DNA from: an uncultured Actinomycetes bacterium
GTDB taxonomy: Bacteria > Actinomycetota > Geothermincolia > Geothermincolales > RBG-13-55-18
DNA length: 53,987 nucleotides
Assembly: GCA_937128055.1 (NCBI GenBank)
Contig: CAKZMC010000160.1
Span: 1-53,987, forward strand
Direction: 5' to 3'
The position numbers were made by a program, and so were the translations under genes. The notes below the pieces were generated by a model, which saw only the letters and a list, made by a program, of their open reading frames with translations, ran no database searches and was not told the origin of the DNA. Below are positions 19,340 to 28,727 of the stretch, piece by piece (within the stretch, counting starts at the first letter, position 1; each line of letters opens with the position of its first letter).

Positions 19340-21253
19340 ATGAGGCGTTTTAAAGCGATTTTCCTGACACTCGCCATGGTCACCGCGCTCTTTCTCCCGC
19401 CCGTGGGCGCCCCCCGCGCACTCGCCGCGGACGGCCCGCCCCGCGTGGTCTTGACCTTCGACGATGGCTACAACCTCGACCACCGCATCCTGGAGTTCCT
19501 CTCCTCGCAGGGGATCAGCGCCACCGCCTTCGTCATCGGGTCGTGGGCGGAGAGGAACCCCTCACTCCTGCAGGAGATGAACGCCCTGGGGTGGGATATC
19601 TGCAACCATACCCAGACCCACCCCTGGCTGACCAGGATCGGCGACGACCAGATCAGGGCCGAGCTCAATACCTGCCAGGCGGTGATCACTTCCATCACCG
19701 GGCAGCAGCATCCCCTTTTCCGGCCCCCCGGGGGGTTCATAGATGCGCGCGTACAGGCGGTGGCCGCCGCTGCGGGTTACACCCCGGTCATGTGGGACCT
19801 GGACAGCGGGGATTCGCGCGGGGTCGATTACCCGGTGCAGGAGCGCGTAGCGTACATGGTGAACGCCGCGCGCGACGGAAGCGTGCTCCTCTTCCACTTC
19901 GGCGGCCGCCAGACCTATGACCTGGTGACCGGCGTGGTGAAGGGGCTGCAGCAGAGGGGCTTCTGCTTCGTCACCATCACGGAGCTTTTCGGGTGGAAAA
20001 GGGTGATAAGGGGCGGCGAGATGAGCCTCGGCGCGAGCGAAACCGCCCGGACCCTGTACTTCGCCGACGGCACCACCGCCGAGGGGTTCGAGGAGTGGAT
20101 CACCGTCTTCAACCCGGGCAGGTCGGAGGTGGACCTGGAGGCTCGTTACTTCACCGCGCAGGGGAGCGTGGTGAAGAATTACAGGATACCGCCGCAACGC
20201 CGCATCTCCGTGCCGGTAAACCAGGAGATCGCCTGGCAGGGAGACGTTTCCGTGCAGTTGCAGGCCTCTTCACCGGTGGCGGCGGAGCGGACGCTCTTCT
20301 TCGACCGGGGCTCGGGGTTATGCGGCGGCTCTCTCTCGCGGGGGACGCGGGAGCCTGGGAAGCTCTTCTATTTTCCCGGCGGCACGACGAGAGAGGGATT
20401 CGAGGAATACCTGAGCATCTTCAACCCCTCCGGGACGCAGGCGCTCCTGGACCTGCAGTTCCTCGGCTGGGGCAGGGCCGATACGGTCAAGGCGGCGGTT
20501 CCCCCTCTCGGCAGGGCGACCCTGCGCGTCAACGATCTGGTGCCGCCGGGTGACCACGTGCTGGTGGCGAAGTGCGACACCCCGGTGGTCATGGAGAGGG
20601 CGCGGTACTTCTCCTACGGCGGCACGATCAAAGGTTCCAGTTGCACCTCGGGAAGCGGTCCGCCCAGGGGCGACTGGTATTTCGCGGGGGGGACCACCAG
20701 GAACCTCTCCGATTCCTACCTCTCCGTGTACAACCCCTGCCGGGAGGCCACCTGGCTGCGCCTGGCGCTCTCGGGGTCGGACGGTTCGCGCGTGGAGGAG
20801 GAGCTCATCCTGCAGGCGGGCGAGCGGAGAGACCTCTTTCTCGACTCCTACCTGCCTCCGGATATCGATTACGCGGCCAGGGTGGAGAGCCTGCTGCCCG
20901 TGATGGCGGAATGCAACACCTTCTTCCTTTTCAACAACGTGGCGGGGGGTTCCTGCGAGAGCGGGAGCGAGATCCCCTGCGAACACTGGTGTTTCGCGGA
21001 AGGATGCACGGCCCCCGGCTTTTCGGAGAGCCTGACCCTCTTCAATCCCCTTGAAGGAGCCCAGAAGGCTAAGGTAACCTTCATGCTGGGTTCTGGCGAG
21101 AAGGTGACGCGCACCTACAAGCTGCCCTCCCAGGGAATGGTGAGCGTGGACGTGGCCGCGGAGGTAGGCCAGGCCAACGAGGTCGCAATGGTGATACAGG
21201 CCCAGCGGGAGATCATCGCGGAGCGCACCTTCCTCTTCGAGTTCAGGAGGTAG
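19340..21253 (+). CDS. secreted polysaccharide deacetylase (CE4/NodB) with C-terminal WYFAEG/DUF5719-type repeats
   Basis: Signal peptide; TFDDG, HTQTH, RPPGG, LFH; four repeats of xYF(A/P)xGxT...NP...AER. Confidence 0.88.
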   Translation: MRRFKAIFLTLAMVTALFLPPVGAPRALAADGPPRVVLTFDDGYNLDHRILEFLSSQGISATAFVIGSWAERNPSLLQEMNALGWDICNHTQTHPWLTRIGDDQIRAELNTCQAVITSITGQQHPLFRPPGGFIDARVQAVAAAAGYTPVMWDLDSGDSRGVDYPVQERVAYMVNAARDGSVLLFHFGGRQTYDLVTGVVKGLQQRGFCFVTITELFGWKRVIRGGEMSLGASETARTLYFADGTTAEGFEEWITVFNPGRSEVDLEARYFTAQGSVVKNYRIPPQRRISVPVNQEIAWQGDVSVQLQASSPVAAERTLFFDRGSGLCGGSLSRGTREPGKLFYFPGGTTREGFEEYLSIFNPSGTQALLDLQFLGWGRADTVKAAVPPLGRATLRVNDLVPPGDHVLVAKCDTPVVMERARYFSYGGTIKGSSCTSGSGPPRGDWYFAGGTTRNLSDSYLSVYNPCREATWLRLALSGSDGSRVEEELILQAGERRDLFLDSYLPPDIDYAARVESLLPVMAECNTFFLFNNVAGGSCESGSEIPCEHWCFAEGCTAPGFSESLTLFNPLEGAQKAKVTFMLGSGEKVTRTYKLPSQGMVSVDVAAEVGQANEVAMVIQAQREIIAERTFLFEFRR

Positions 21254-21287
21254 AGGCGCCGTGGCGGGAAGAGCGCGGAGGTGGGAG

Positions 21288-21749
21288 ATGTTGAGACGCG
21301 AGCTGGTGACCAGCCTGGAGGTGGAGGCCGACAGGGAGCGCGCATGGGAAGTGTTGACGGACCTGGAGGCTTACCCGGAGTGGAACCCCATGATACGCAG
21401 GGCGAGCGGTGAGCTGCGGCCGGGAAGCGTCTTGCGGGTGCGTTTCGAGCCGGAGGGGATGCGGGGGCGCGACTACCGGCCCAGGCTGAGCGTGGTGGAT
21501 CCTCCGGGCGAGCTGCGGTGGACGGCTTTCCTGAACCTCCCGGGGGTGTTCGCCTTCGAGCATTACTGGTTGCTCGAGCGGGCGGGGGAGGGGAGAACCC
21601 TGCTGAAACACGGCGTCTCCGTTTCCGGGATCCTGGCGCCCCTTGCATGGAAAATAGTGGAAAGAAGCTCACGGGGCCCCTTCGAGGCCATGAACCGGGC
21701 GCACAAGGAGAGGGCGGAGGGGCCGGCGGGGAAAGGCGGCGGCGGGTAG
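21288..21749 (+). CDS. SRPBCC/polyketide cyclase-like protein
   Basis: AWEVLTDLEAYPEWNP and FEAMNRAHKERAE motifs; SD GGAGGTG. Confidence 0.85.
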   Translation: MLRRELVTSLEVEADRERAWEVLTDLEAYPEWNPMIRRASGELRPGSVLRVRFEPEGMRGRDYRPRLSVVDPPGELRWTAFLNLPGVFAFEHYWLLERAGEGRTLLKHGVSVSGILAPLAWKIVERSSRGPFEAMNRAHKERAEGPAGKGGGG

Positions 21750-21886
21750 GGAGGAAGGACCGGGCGGGGGGCGAAGCCCCGGTTCCTCGCTTTCCGGGAG
21801 CGTCCGCGCGGCGTTGCGCTTGAGCGTTGGCCGGGGGAGGCGTGTTGTCCTCCCCGCGGCGGTGCCTTATCATTTCCCGTAGCGAC

Positions 21887-21961
21887 GGGCGTTTAGCTCA
21901 GCGGGAGAGCGCCTGCCTTACAAGCAGGAGGTCGTGGGTTCAAATCCCGCAACGCCCACCA
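21887..21961 (+). tRNA. tRNA-Val (anticodon TAC)
   Basis: Cloverleaf: acceptor GGGCGTT/AACGCCC, anticodon arm CCTGC-CTTACAA-GCAGG, T loop TTCAAAT, encoded CCA. Confidence 0.97.
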
Positions 21962-21969
21962 CTTGAGAC

Positions 21970-22001
21970 GCCTGGCCGGAGGAGAACCCGGCCAGGCTTT
22001 T
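21970..22001 (+). terminator. intrinsic terminator after tRNA-Val
   Basis: GCCTGGCCGG/CCGGCCAGGC stem followed by TTTT. Confidence 0.7.
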
Positions 22002-22150
22002 CTACATCGTGCAATACGGATCGGAGCCTCCGTCTTGCGATGGATAACGGGAAATTCCTGCGGAAAAAAAGAACAACAATATGAATATTAAGTTATCTTC
22101 CAACGCATACGATTAATTGACTTAGACGGGATATGAAGGGAGTGGTGGAT

Positions 22151-23385
22151 GTGCTGGGAAAAATTTGCAGTCAATGCGGCGCGGAATCAGCATCCAGGAA
22201 TATTTCTGCCCACGATGCGGTACCACCTTGTTCGCCGACGATACGGCGGAGTCGCCGATAAAAGGCCCGCCCACCGCCGCCATGGGGGCCCCCGGGCGGC
22301 ATCCGGCGGGGGGTCAGCAAGGCATGCCAGGAGGGGCGCCCGGGGGCATCGCGGCAAGCTCCCAGAACGCCAGCACCTTCCGCCATGAGGGATAGGGCAC
22401 CTATAGCGTTGTATGGACAGGGTTTCCCGGCACGCAGCGCCAAGCTGTTTCCGGCACGGGCATGGGCGTTTCCGTGAGCAGGGAGCAACTGCGGCGCATG
22501 ATCGAGGAGGACAGGCGAAGGAGGAAGAAGATCCTGCTCATTTCCATTCCCGCCGCTTTATCCGTCTGTGCCGTCGTCTTTTTACTGCTTTTCTTCCTCG
22601 TTTTCCACAAAGGCATGAGTCCGGAGGGGTACAAGAAGGAAGCCCTGAGGGTCCACGATAGCGTCATCACCAAGCTCCAGGCTATCGAGAACGGCTGGAA
22701 CCGGAGCGATTACAGCGACAAGCCCTACAGCTGGTGGTACGACAAGCTACGCGACGAGTTCAACGAAGTCGCCTCGGTGATCAGCCAGGCGCTTGAGGAA
22801 TTGCAGAGACTGCGACCTCCCGAGCAATGCGCGTCGCTGGCTGAGGAGGCGCTTTCATACTACGAAGAGGCAGCCGATTACGCTGCCCGCGCGGTACCGG
22901 TCTTCACGTTCGCGGGGGATTGGGCGCGCATATGGGAAGGATGGGTGGATACCCCCTTCGTATCGGATGGCATGAGGGAGGACATGACTCCTGCGGATGC
23001 CGTTTCCCTCATCGACCAGGATATCGCCTGTATCGACCAGGTGACCAAGAGCTTCCAGGAGCTAAGTGCACCCGTGGAATGCAGCAACATGCTAAACGGT
23101 GTATTATCCCTCATCCAGGAACAGAGGACGCTTTTCGAGCGCCTGAAGAGGCCGATCATCAATTACGACGTGGACGCCTTTGAGGTCCTGTGCGCGGACT
23201 GAGACCATTTCGACAACACCGCTGTGGAGAGAATTGTAAAATTATGGGAAGACATGGATTCTTTTCACGACGAGTACCTGGGGCTTCTCGACAAGGGATA
23301 CGATATCCTGGCTATGCTCAAAGGCTTGCAGATGGAGTTGGAAGACGAGAGCGTGGAAGGAACCACCGCTTTCCTGGCGCCGTGA
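22151..23385 (+). pseudogene. decayed zinc-ribbon / single-TM membrane protein gene
   Basis: A 1-nt deletion near 22186 splits CSQCG from FCPRCG. In-frame TAG at 22393 and in-frame TGA at 23200; the frame continues to TGA at 23385. Confidence 0.75.
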
Positions 23386-23474
23386 CCTGAGATGCCGGTA
23401 ATGCAAGCGGGGCGGCTCGGGAATACGCGGTTTCCCTTCATCGCCCGCCGCGCTTTTTTGCTGCATTTGACAGG

Positions 23475-23545
23475 GGGCATGCGACCCAGCGGGTGAGCGC
23501 CTACCTTACAGGCAAGAGGTCATGGGTTCAAATCCCTTAAGGCCC
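23475..23545 (+). pseudogene. degenerate near-full-length copy of tRNA-Val(TAC) lacking its CCA end
   Basis: Colinear with 21887-21957 (CAGCGGG, GAGCGCCT, CCTTACA, GAGGTC, TGGGTTCAAATCCC); diverges at TTAA 23537-23540. Confidence 0.85.
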
Positions 23546-23630
23546 TTGGAAGACCTATCCCCACTTATCGTCCTGGGGGAGGCGGTATGAAAAAGGGCCA
23601 CGGTGGCCCCATGTTATTGGTGGGCGCTAA
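23537..23630 (-). repeat. ~93-bp tRNA-3'-end-derived repeat unit
   Basis: Reverse complement matches 29633-29726 at 91/94 nt; bounded by TTAA and CTAA cores. Confidence 0.92.
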
Positions 23631-23664
23631 AGGATTTGAACCCATGACTTCCTGCTTGTAAGGC
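23618..23664 (-). repeat. inverted 3' half of tRNA-Val (att-like fragment from anticodon to CCA)
   Basis: Reverse complement reads GCCTTACAAGCAGGAAGTCATGGGTTCAAATCCTTTAGCGCCCACCA. Confidence 0.9.
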
Positions 23665-23694
23665 CTATCCAGATTAGAAACCAAGGATTGCGGC

Positions 23695-24360
23695 TCAGGA
23701 GAAGAGGCCCTCGCGGAAGGCTTTTAGTGCATAGTCGCGGTCGTTTTCAACCAACCCTCGAATGGCCCGCGATGCTTCCTCAGCGTCTCTGCCCGTGAAC
23801 GCGTCCATGGCCTCCTGGAAAAACTTGAGATTTTCCAGGAGGTTTTCTTTCTGCATGATCAGAGCGGCGTATTCAATTCGTGCGGTAATAGGCCATAGAT
23901 ACAGCACCACGTCCTCCAGGATCTTGTTCTTACTGGATCTGCAAGAATGGTAAGCGACCTGAAAGGAGCCCTCGAGGTAGCCCTCGAGATCACCCGTTCT
24001 GGCGCTCTCACGGAGCTTCTCCAGCGCCTTTTCTATGTTCAGGAAGCTTCCCTCGTCTTGATTCTCCACCCCCCTGAAAGCAACCAGGCCGAGGATCTCC
24101 TTCAGCACGTCCGCAAGCCAGATTATTGTTTCCTCCGTTATCTCGGACACTCTCGCTCCGCGGCGCGGCGTAAGCTCCACCAGCTTCTGCTTTTCCAAGA
24201 TGCGAAGCGCCTCTCGCAAAGGTGAACGGCTCACGCCGAGCTCGTCAGCAAGTCTCGTCTCGACGATCTTCTGGCCCGGCTTCATCTCCAGGCTGATGAT
24301 CCTCTGACTGAGATAGGCCGCTATCTGCTCGGGAAGGTTTTCCGATGGTTTGAAGGGCAT
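23695..24360 (-). CDS. GntR-family regulator (FCD domain)
   Basis: PGQKIVETRLADELGVSRSPLREAL HTH with a C-terminal FCD-like helical domain; divergent from the GRE gene. Confidence 0.92.
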   Translation of the reverse strand: MPFKPSENLPEQIAAYLSQRIISLEMKPGQKIVETRLADELGVSRSPLREALRILEKQKLVELTPRRGARVSEITEETIIWLADVLKEILGLVAFRGVENQDEGSFLNIEKALEKLRESARTGDLEGYLEGSFQVAYHSCRSSKNKILEDVVLYLWPITARIEYAALIMQKENLLENLKFFQEAMDAFTGRDAEEASRAIRGLVENDRDYALKAFREGLFS

Positions 24361-24544
24361 ATCTGGCTCCCCGGGAATACACAGCCGCCGTTTGCCTGTT
24401 CCGAAAACGTGGTCCTTATCATCATGTAAGGATTTTACTTTATTGCAGGCGAATGCGGAACGTAACCATGCTGCGCATGCTCTTTCAGGCGGGAAGCGTC
24501 TGTTGCTTGGCAGAGAATCTTATTGATGATTATTGATGAAGAGC

Positions 24545-24583
24545 TTGACATAGCATACAGTATACAATATACAATATGATACA
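24545..24583 (+). promoter_or_regulatory. GRE promoter with GntR-type ATACA operator repeats
   Basis: TTGACA at 24545, followed by ATACA at 24555, 24562, 24569 and 24579 overlapping the -10 region. Confidence 0.6.
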
Positions 24584-24794
24584 AAGGAATCTATGAGCCT
24601 GAATCGATCGATGGTCGCTATTCGCGAAGTAGTTGGGCGGATTCATGCGCCATTTTAGGGCTGTTCCTGCGGCTCTAGCTGCGACGTGGCGGTGGCTTTC
24701 TGGTCGACACAGGAACGGAGGAAGCGAAAACACGTGAAGATTTTTCGGATTTCAGCATATCGGTCGGCGTTGTTCTCCAGAGGGGAAGGGGGAG

Positions 24795-27473
24795 GTGTCT
24801 CGCATGGGCGTCGCTGTTAAGCAATTGAACGCATCCCGCATCACCAAGGCAGTCCAGATAAAGGACGCCGAGCGGCCTTCGGTGAGCATGCCGGTCGAAG
24901 TCAAGCTTGATCCCAACGTCAGGATCTGCACAGAGCGCGCTGAGCTCGTTACTGAATCCTACCGCATGACGGAAGGGGAACCCTGGGTGATCAGGAGGGC
25001 GAAAGCGCTCGACCACCTCCTGCGCAACATGACCATCTACATACTGGAGGGCGAGCAGATAGTGGGCAATTACGCCAGTACCCCGGATAGCCTGCCTACC
25101 TACCCGGAGATATCATGCCGCTGGCTGGATGAGGAACTCGAGGGCGCTTTCAGGGAAAACATCGATGAAGCGGGCAGGGCGAGGCTGCGAGAGATTCATT
25201 CCTTCTGGTACGAGCGGAACGTCGAGGGCAGGATACTGGCCACCTTGCCCGATGACCTCAGAGTTTTTATCGAGAAGAGCAAGTCCACGGCCATGTTCAC
25301 CATCTTCTGGCCTTTGGGGTGCTTCACCCTCGATCTCAGGCATTGGGTTTTCCCCAGGGGGCTGCGCGGTATCGTCGAGGAGATAGGCAGGCTGCGCGGG
25401 GAGCTGCGTGCGGATGATCCGGAATACGGTGAGAAGAAGGATTTCTACGACGCCGCCGAGATATGCTGCGAGGCGGCGATTGCTTTCGCGCGGCGCTACG
25501 CGGAACTGGCTCGTAAGAAAGCGGCCTCCGCACGAGGAAAGGTCAGGGAAGATTGCCTCAGGGTAGCAGAAGTATGTTCGCGCGTGCCCGAGAACCCGCC
25601 CCGGACCTTCCACGAGGCGCTGCAGGCGGTTTTCTTCTGCCACCTGATCAGCGCGCAGATAGACTGGTACAGCGTGGGCCTAGGCCAGCGTTTAGACCAG
25701 CTTCTCTGGCCGTATTACGAAGCCGATAAGGAAGCCGGGAATATCGACTACGACCGCGCCGTGGAGCTGCTCGAGTTCCTCTGGATCAAGCTGGACGATC
25801 TGGGACAGATAAACCCCGTGACCACCTCTATCTACCAGGCGGGTGGCACGAAGTTCCAGAACATCTCGATCGGCGGGGTGGATGAGCACGGCAACGACGC
25901 CTCCAACGAGCTTTCCCTGGCAGTTTTGGACGCGACCATCGATGTACGTACGCCCCAGCCGTCCATATGCCTGCTCTTCCACGAGAAAATGGACCCGAGG
26001 CTTCTGGATAAGGCCATAGAATGCATTGCAACAGGCCAGGGACAGCCTGCCATATTCAACAACGACGTCTGCGTGAAATGGCACCTGGACAAGGCGCTGG
26101 AGATACTGTACCCGGAGTCGGGGGTCCATATCGGCGTGCCGTGTCTCGGTCTGGTGCAGAAAGCGGATCGGGTTGTGAGGAGGATGATAGCGCGGCTGCC
26201 GAGGCGCGTTCGCCAGCGAATCGAGTTATCCATAGACGAATGGCCCAATGCGGTGTACACGGGCGGGGGCGCCGTCGGGGATGCGTTGCGCAAGGTCGCA
26301 AAGAAAACGGGTTTCTGGGACGCCGAGAAAGGGATGGCGATAGCTCGCGGCTGGGCTCCGACCGCTTGCGTCGGAGGCGGACTGCAGGGCAGAGTGACCA
26401 TCCAGGGGACCCTTACTTCGATCCTCATCTTCACGGTCCTCGATTTCGTCAAATGCTTCGAGTACGTGATGTACCAGGGCGTCGAGCCGGAGACCGGTGA
26501 GCTGGTGGGGGCGCCCACGCCCGACCCCCGTACTTTTAAGACCTACGAGGAATTCCTCGAGGCTTTCATGCGGCAGATCGAGTTCCAGGTAGACCGGGCC
26601 AACCGCGCCTACCAGGTTGCGGAGAAGATTTACGAAGAACAGATGCCGCGACCATTCGCCTCGGCCTGCACGGAGACCTGCGTGAGGCGCGGTAGGGACG
26701 GAATGAGGAAGGGCGATGCGTCCATAAGCGAGATCTTCAGCATGGGCAGCGTGAACGCTGCCGAATGCCTCGCAGCGGTGAAGAGACTGGTTTTCGAGGA
26801 AAAATCCGTCACCATGGACGAACTGATCGCCGCCTGCGCGGCCAACTGGGAAGGTTACGAGGACCTGCACCGCAAGTGCCTGGAGGTGCCGAAGTTCGGC
26901 AACGACGACGATTACGTGGACGGCATCCTGGCAGAATTCTACCGCAAGGCACAGGCAGTGGTGCATTCCCACAGGGACCACTGGGGAAACGGCCTGCAGT
27001 TGGAGTCATCGCTCGCGGCCGGATATTATGTGGGCGGCCTCGTCTGCGGCGCTACCCCGGATGGTCGGGTCAAGGGAGAGACGGTCTCCGACGGACAGCT
27101 CTCTCCCATGCACGGGCGCGACGTGAAAGGACCTACGGCGGTACTGAAATCCTGCTCCAAGGTCGATCCTCACAAGACCTGGAACCAGTTATGCAACCAA
27201 AAGATAAACCCCGCCTTCCTCAAGGGCGAGAATCGCAAGCTCTTTGCCGATTACCTGCGCACCTGGCTGAAGTTCGGCAACTGGCACGTACAGTTCAACT
27301 GCCAGAGCGCCGAGGAGCTCAGGGATGCCGTGGCGCACCCTGAAAGGCACAAGGACCTGATCGTGCGGGTGGCCGGGTACAGCGCATATTTCATTGACCT
27401 GGCTCCAGGTCTGCAGCAGGATATCATCGCCCGCACGGAACAGGACCTGAGCGAGTTCGCCAGCAGAGCGTAA
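24795..27473 (+). CDS. glycyl radical enzyme of unknown function
   Basis: C-terminal HVQFN...LIVRVAGYSAYF glycyl motif, FGNDDDYVD, TPDGR; single active-site Cys in ACVG. Confidence 0.93.
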   Translation: MSRMGVAVKQLNASRITKAVQIKDAERPSVSMPVEVKLDPNVRICTERAELVTESYRMTEGEPWVIRRAKALDHLLRNMTIYILEGEQIVGNYASTPDSLPTYPEISCRWLDEELEGAFRENIDEAGRARLREIHSFWYERNVEGRILATLPDDLRVFIEKSKSTAMFTIFWPLGCFTLDLRHWVFPRGLRGIVEEIGRLRGELRADDPEYGEKKDFYDAAEICCEAAIAFARRYAELARKKAASARGKVREDCLRVAEVCSRVPENPPRTFHEALQAVFFCHLISAQIDWYSVGLGQRLDQLLWPYYEADKEAGNIDYDRAVELLEFLWIKLDDLGQINPVTTSIYQAGGTKFQNISIGGVDEHGNDASNELSLAVLDATIDVRTPQPSICLLFHEKMDPRLLDKAIECIATGQGQPAIFNNDVCVKWHLDKALEILYPESGVHIGVPCLGLVQKADRVVRRMIARLPRRVRQRIELSIDEWPNAVYTGGGAVGDALRKVAKKTGFWDAEKGMAIARGWAPTACVGGGLQGRVTIQGTLTSILIFTVLDFVKCFEYVMYQGVEPETGELVGAPTPDPRTFKTYEEFLEAFMRQIEFQVDRANRAYQVAEKIYEEQMPRPFASACTETCVRRGRDGMRKGDASISEIFSMGSVNAAECLAAVKRLVFEEKSVTMDELIAACAANWEGYEDLHRKCLEVPKFGNDDDYVDGILAEFYRKAQAVVHSHRDHWGNGLQLESSLAAGYYVGGLVCGATPDGRVKGETVSDGQLSPMHGRDVKGPTAVLKSCSKVDPHKTWNQLCNQKINPAFLKGENRKLFADYLRTWLKFGNWHVQFNCQSAEELRDAVAHPERHKDLIVRVAGYSAYFIDLAPGLQQDIIARTEQDLSEFASRA

Positions 27474-27613
27474 TCGGAAGACAGCCTTTCTCCAGCTGCT
27501 TGATGGCAGGGGAAAGGCGTGAGATGACCGCGCTGGGGAAAATGGGCTGGAGACGCAATAACAGTTTTAAGGGCTTAAGCGGGAGGTCCGGTCGTCGTGG
27601 CGGTGACGACGTT

Positions 27614-28546
27614 GTGGAGGGCCTGGTCTTCAACATCCAGAAATTCAGCATCCATGATGGCCCCGGCATCAGGACTACCGTCTTCCTCAAGGGATGTCCC
27701 CTGCGCTGCCCCTGGTGCTCCAACCCCGAATCCATCAACCCCTTTCCAGAGGTGCTCGCCAAGTTCGAAAACCTCTGCCTGGATTGCGGCAGGTGCAACG
27801 AGGTCTGCCCTCGCGAAGCCATCGTGGTCACCAAGAAGGATCGTGCCGACGTCGACGACGGCGGGCACATGCGCTCAATAGACCGTGATCTCTGCGAGCG
27901 GTGCATGAAATGCGTCGAGGTATGTCCCAGCGGCGCGTTGAGCAAGGTGGGCGAGGTAAGAACGGTGGGCGAGATAATGGGCCTGGTGGAGCAAGACCGC
28001 CTCTTCTATGAGACCAGCGGCGGAGGCATAACCCTATCGGGGGGAGAACCGCTGTTGCAGCCGCACTTCACCCTTGCGCTATTACGGGAAGCGAAGAGGA
28101 GAAGCATCCACACCGCCGTGGACACCAGCGGCCACGCCCCCCGTGAGGTGCTGGAAGGCGTTCTGCCGTATGTGGACCTGGTGCTCTTTGACATCAAGCA
28201 CGCCGACCCGGTGATCCATCGCGATACCGTGGGGGTGGATAACCTGCTGATATTTAACAACCTTGAATATCTTTCTGGTAAGACGAGAATATGGATCCGC
28301 GTGCCTCTTATACCGGGTTTCAACGACGATAAGGCGGGAATCTGTGCGATAGCGGAAAAGATACGTCGCTTGTGTTTCGATAAGCTGTGCATTCTGCCAT
28401 ATCACAACTGGGGGAGCGGAAAGTACGCCGCTTTAGGGAGAAGTTATCCTCTGAGCGAAAAAGATGAGACCAATCCCGCCTGCCCCTGCCTGGCGCAGGC
28501 GCTTTTCAGGGCGGCGGGCGTGCAGGATTGCGAAATCGTGCGATGA
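27614..28546 (+). CDS. glycyl-radical activating enzyme (radical SAM with ferredoxin insert)
   Basis: HDGPGIRTTVFLKGCPLRCPWCSNPES, two CxxCxxCxxxC clusters, SGGEPL. The start could be upstream (ORF track 27500). Confidence 0.93.
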   Translation: MEGLVFNIQKFSIHDGPGIRTTVFLKGCPLRCPWCSNPESINPFPEVLAKFENLCLDCGRCNEVCPREAIVVTKKDRADVDDGGHMRSIDRDLCERCMKCVEVCPSGALSKVGEVRTVGEIMGLVEQDRLFYETSGGGITLSGGEPLLQPHFTLALLREAKRRSIHTAVDTSGHAPREVLEGVLPYVDLVLFDIKHADPVIHRDTVGVDNLLIFNNLEYLSGKTRIWIRVPLIPGFNDDKAGICAIAEKIRRLCFDKLCILPYHNWGSGKYAALGRSYPLSEKDETNPACPCLAQALFRAAGVQDCEIVR

Positions 28547-28636
28547 TGGTGGGGGCCAGGATCTGGCTGCCACTCGAACGGAGTCGGAGTGCGTTAAACT
28601 CGTCTTCAACAGTTACATTTTGAGATTACCAGGTAA

Positions 28637-28697
28637 GGTGGCGTCAAGGGATTTGGAAGGCCTGTCCCCACTTGTCGTCCTCGCTTGGCAGTGATGG
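28637..28697 (-). repeat. partial, diverged copy of the repeat unit (cassette junction)
   Basis: Reverse complement contains GGACGACAAGTGGGGACAGGCCTTCCAAATCCC-TTGA-CGCCACC. Confidence 0.8.
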
Positions 28698-28727
28698 TTA
28701 TGCTGAATACGCGAGGAAGTCGATTTT

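Noticed and set aside
23200-23202. Selenocysteine readthrough of the in-frame TGA
   Set aside because: Not a redox motif, no evident SECIS, and the same gene has another stop and a frameshift, which indicates decay.
23475-23545. Second functional tRNA-Val
   Set aside because: The acceptor, D, anticodon and T stems contain mismatches and there is no CCA, so it is treated as a pseudo-tRNA.
24795-27473. Annotation as pyruvate formate-lyase or benzylsuccinate synthase
   Set aside because: No Cys-Cys pair, no CMSP or fumarate-binding Arg motif, and no small subunit genes.
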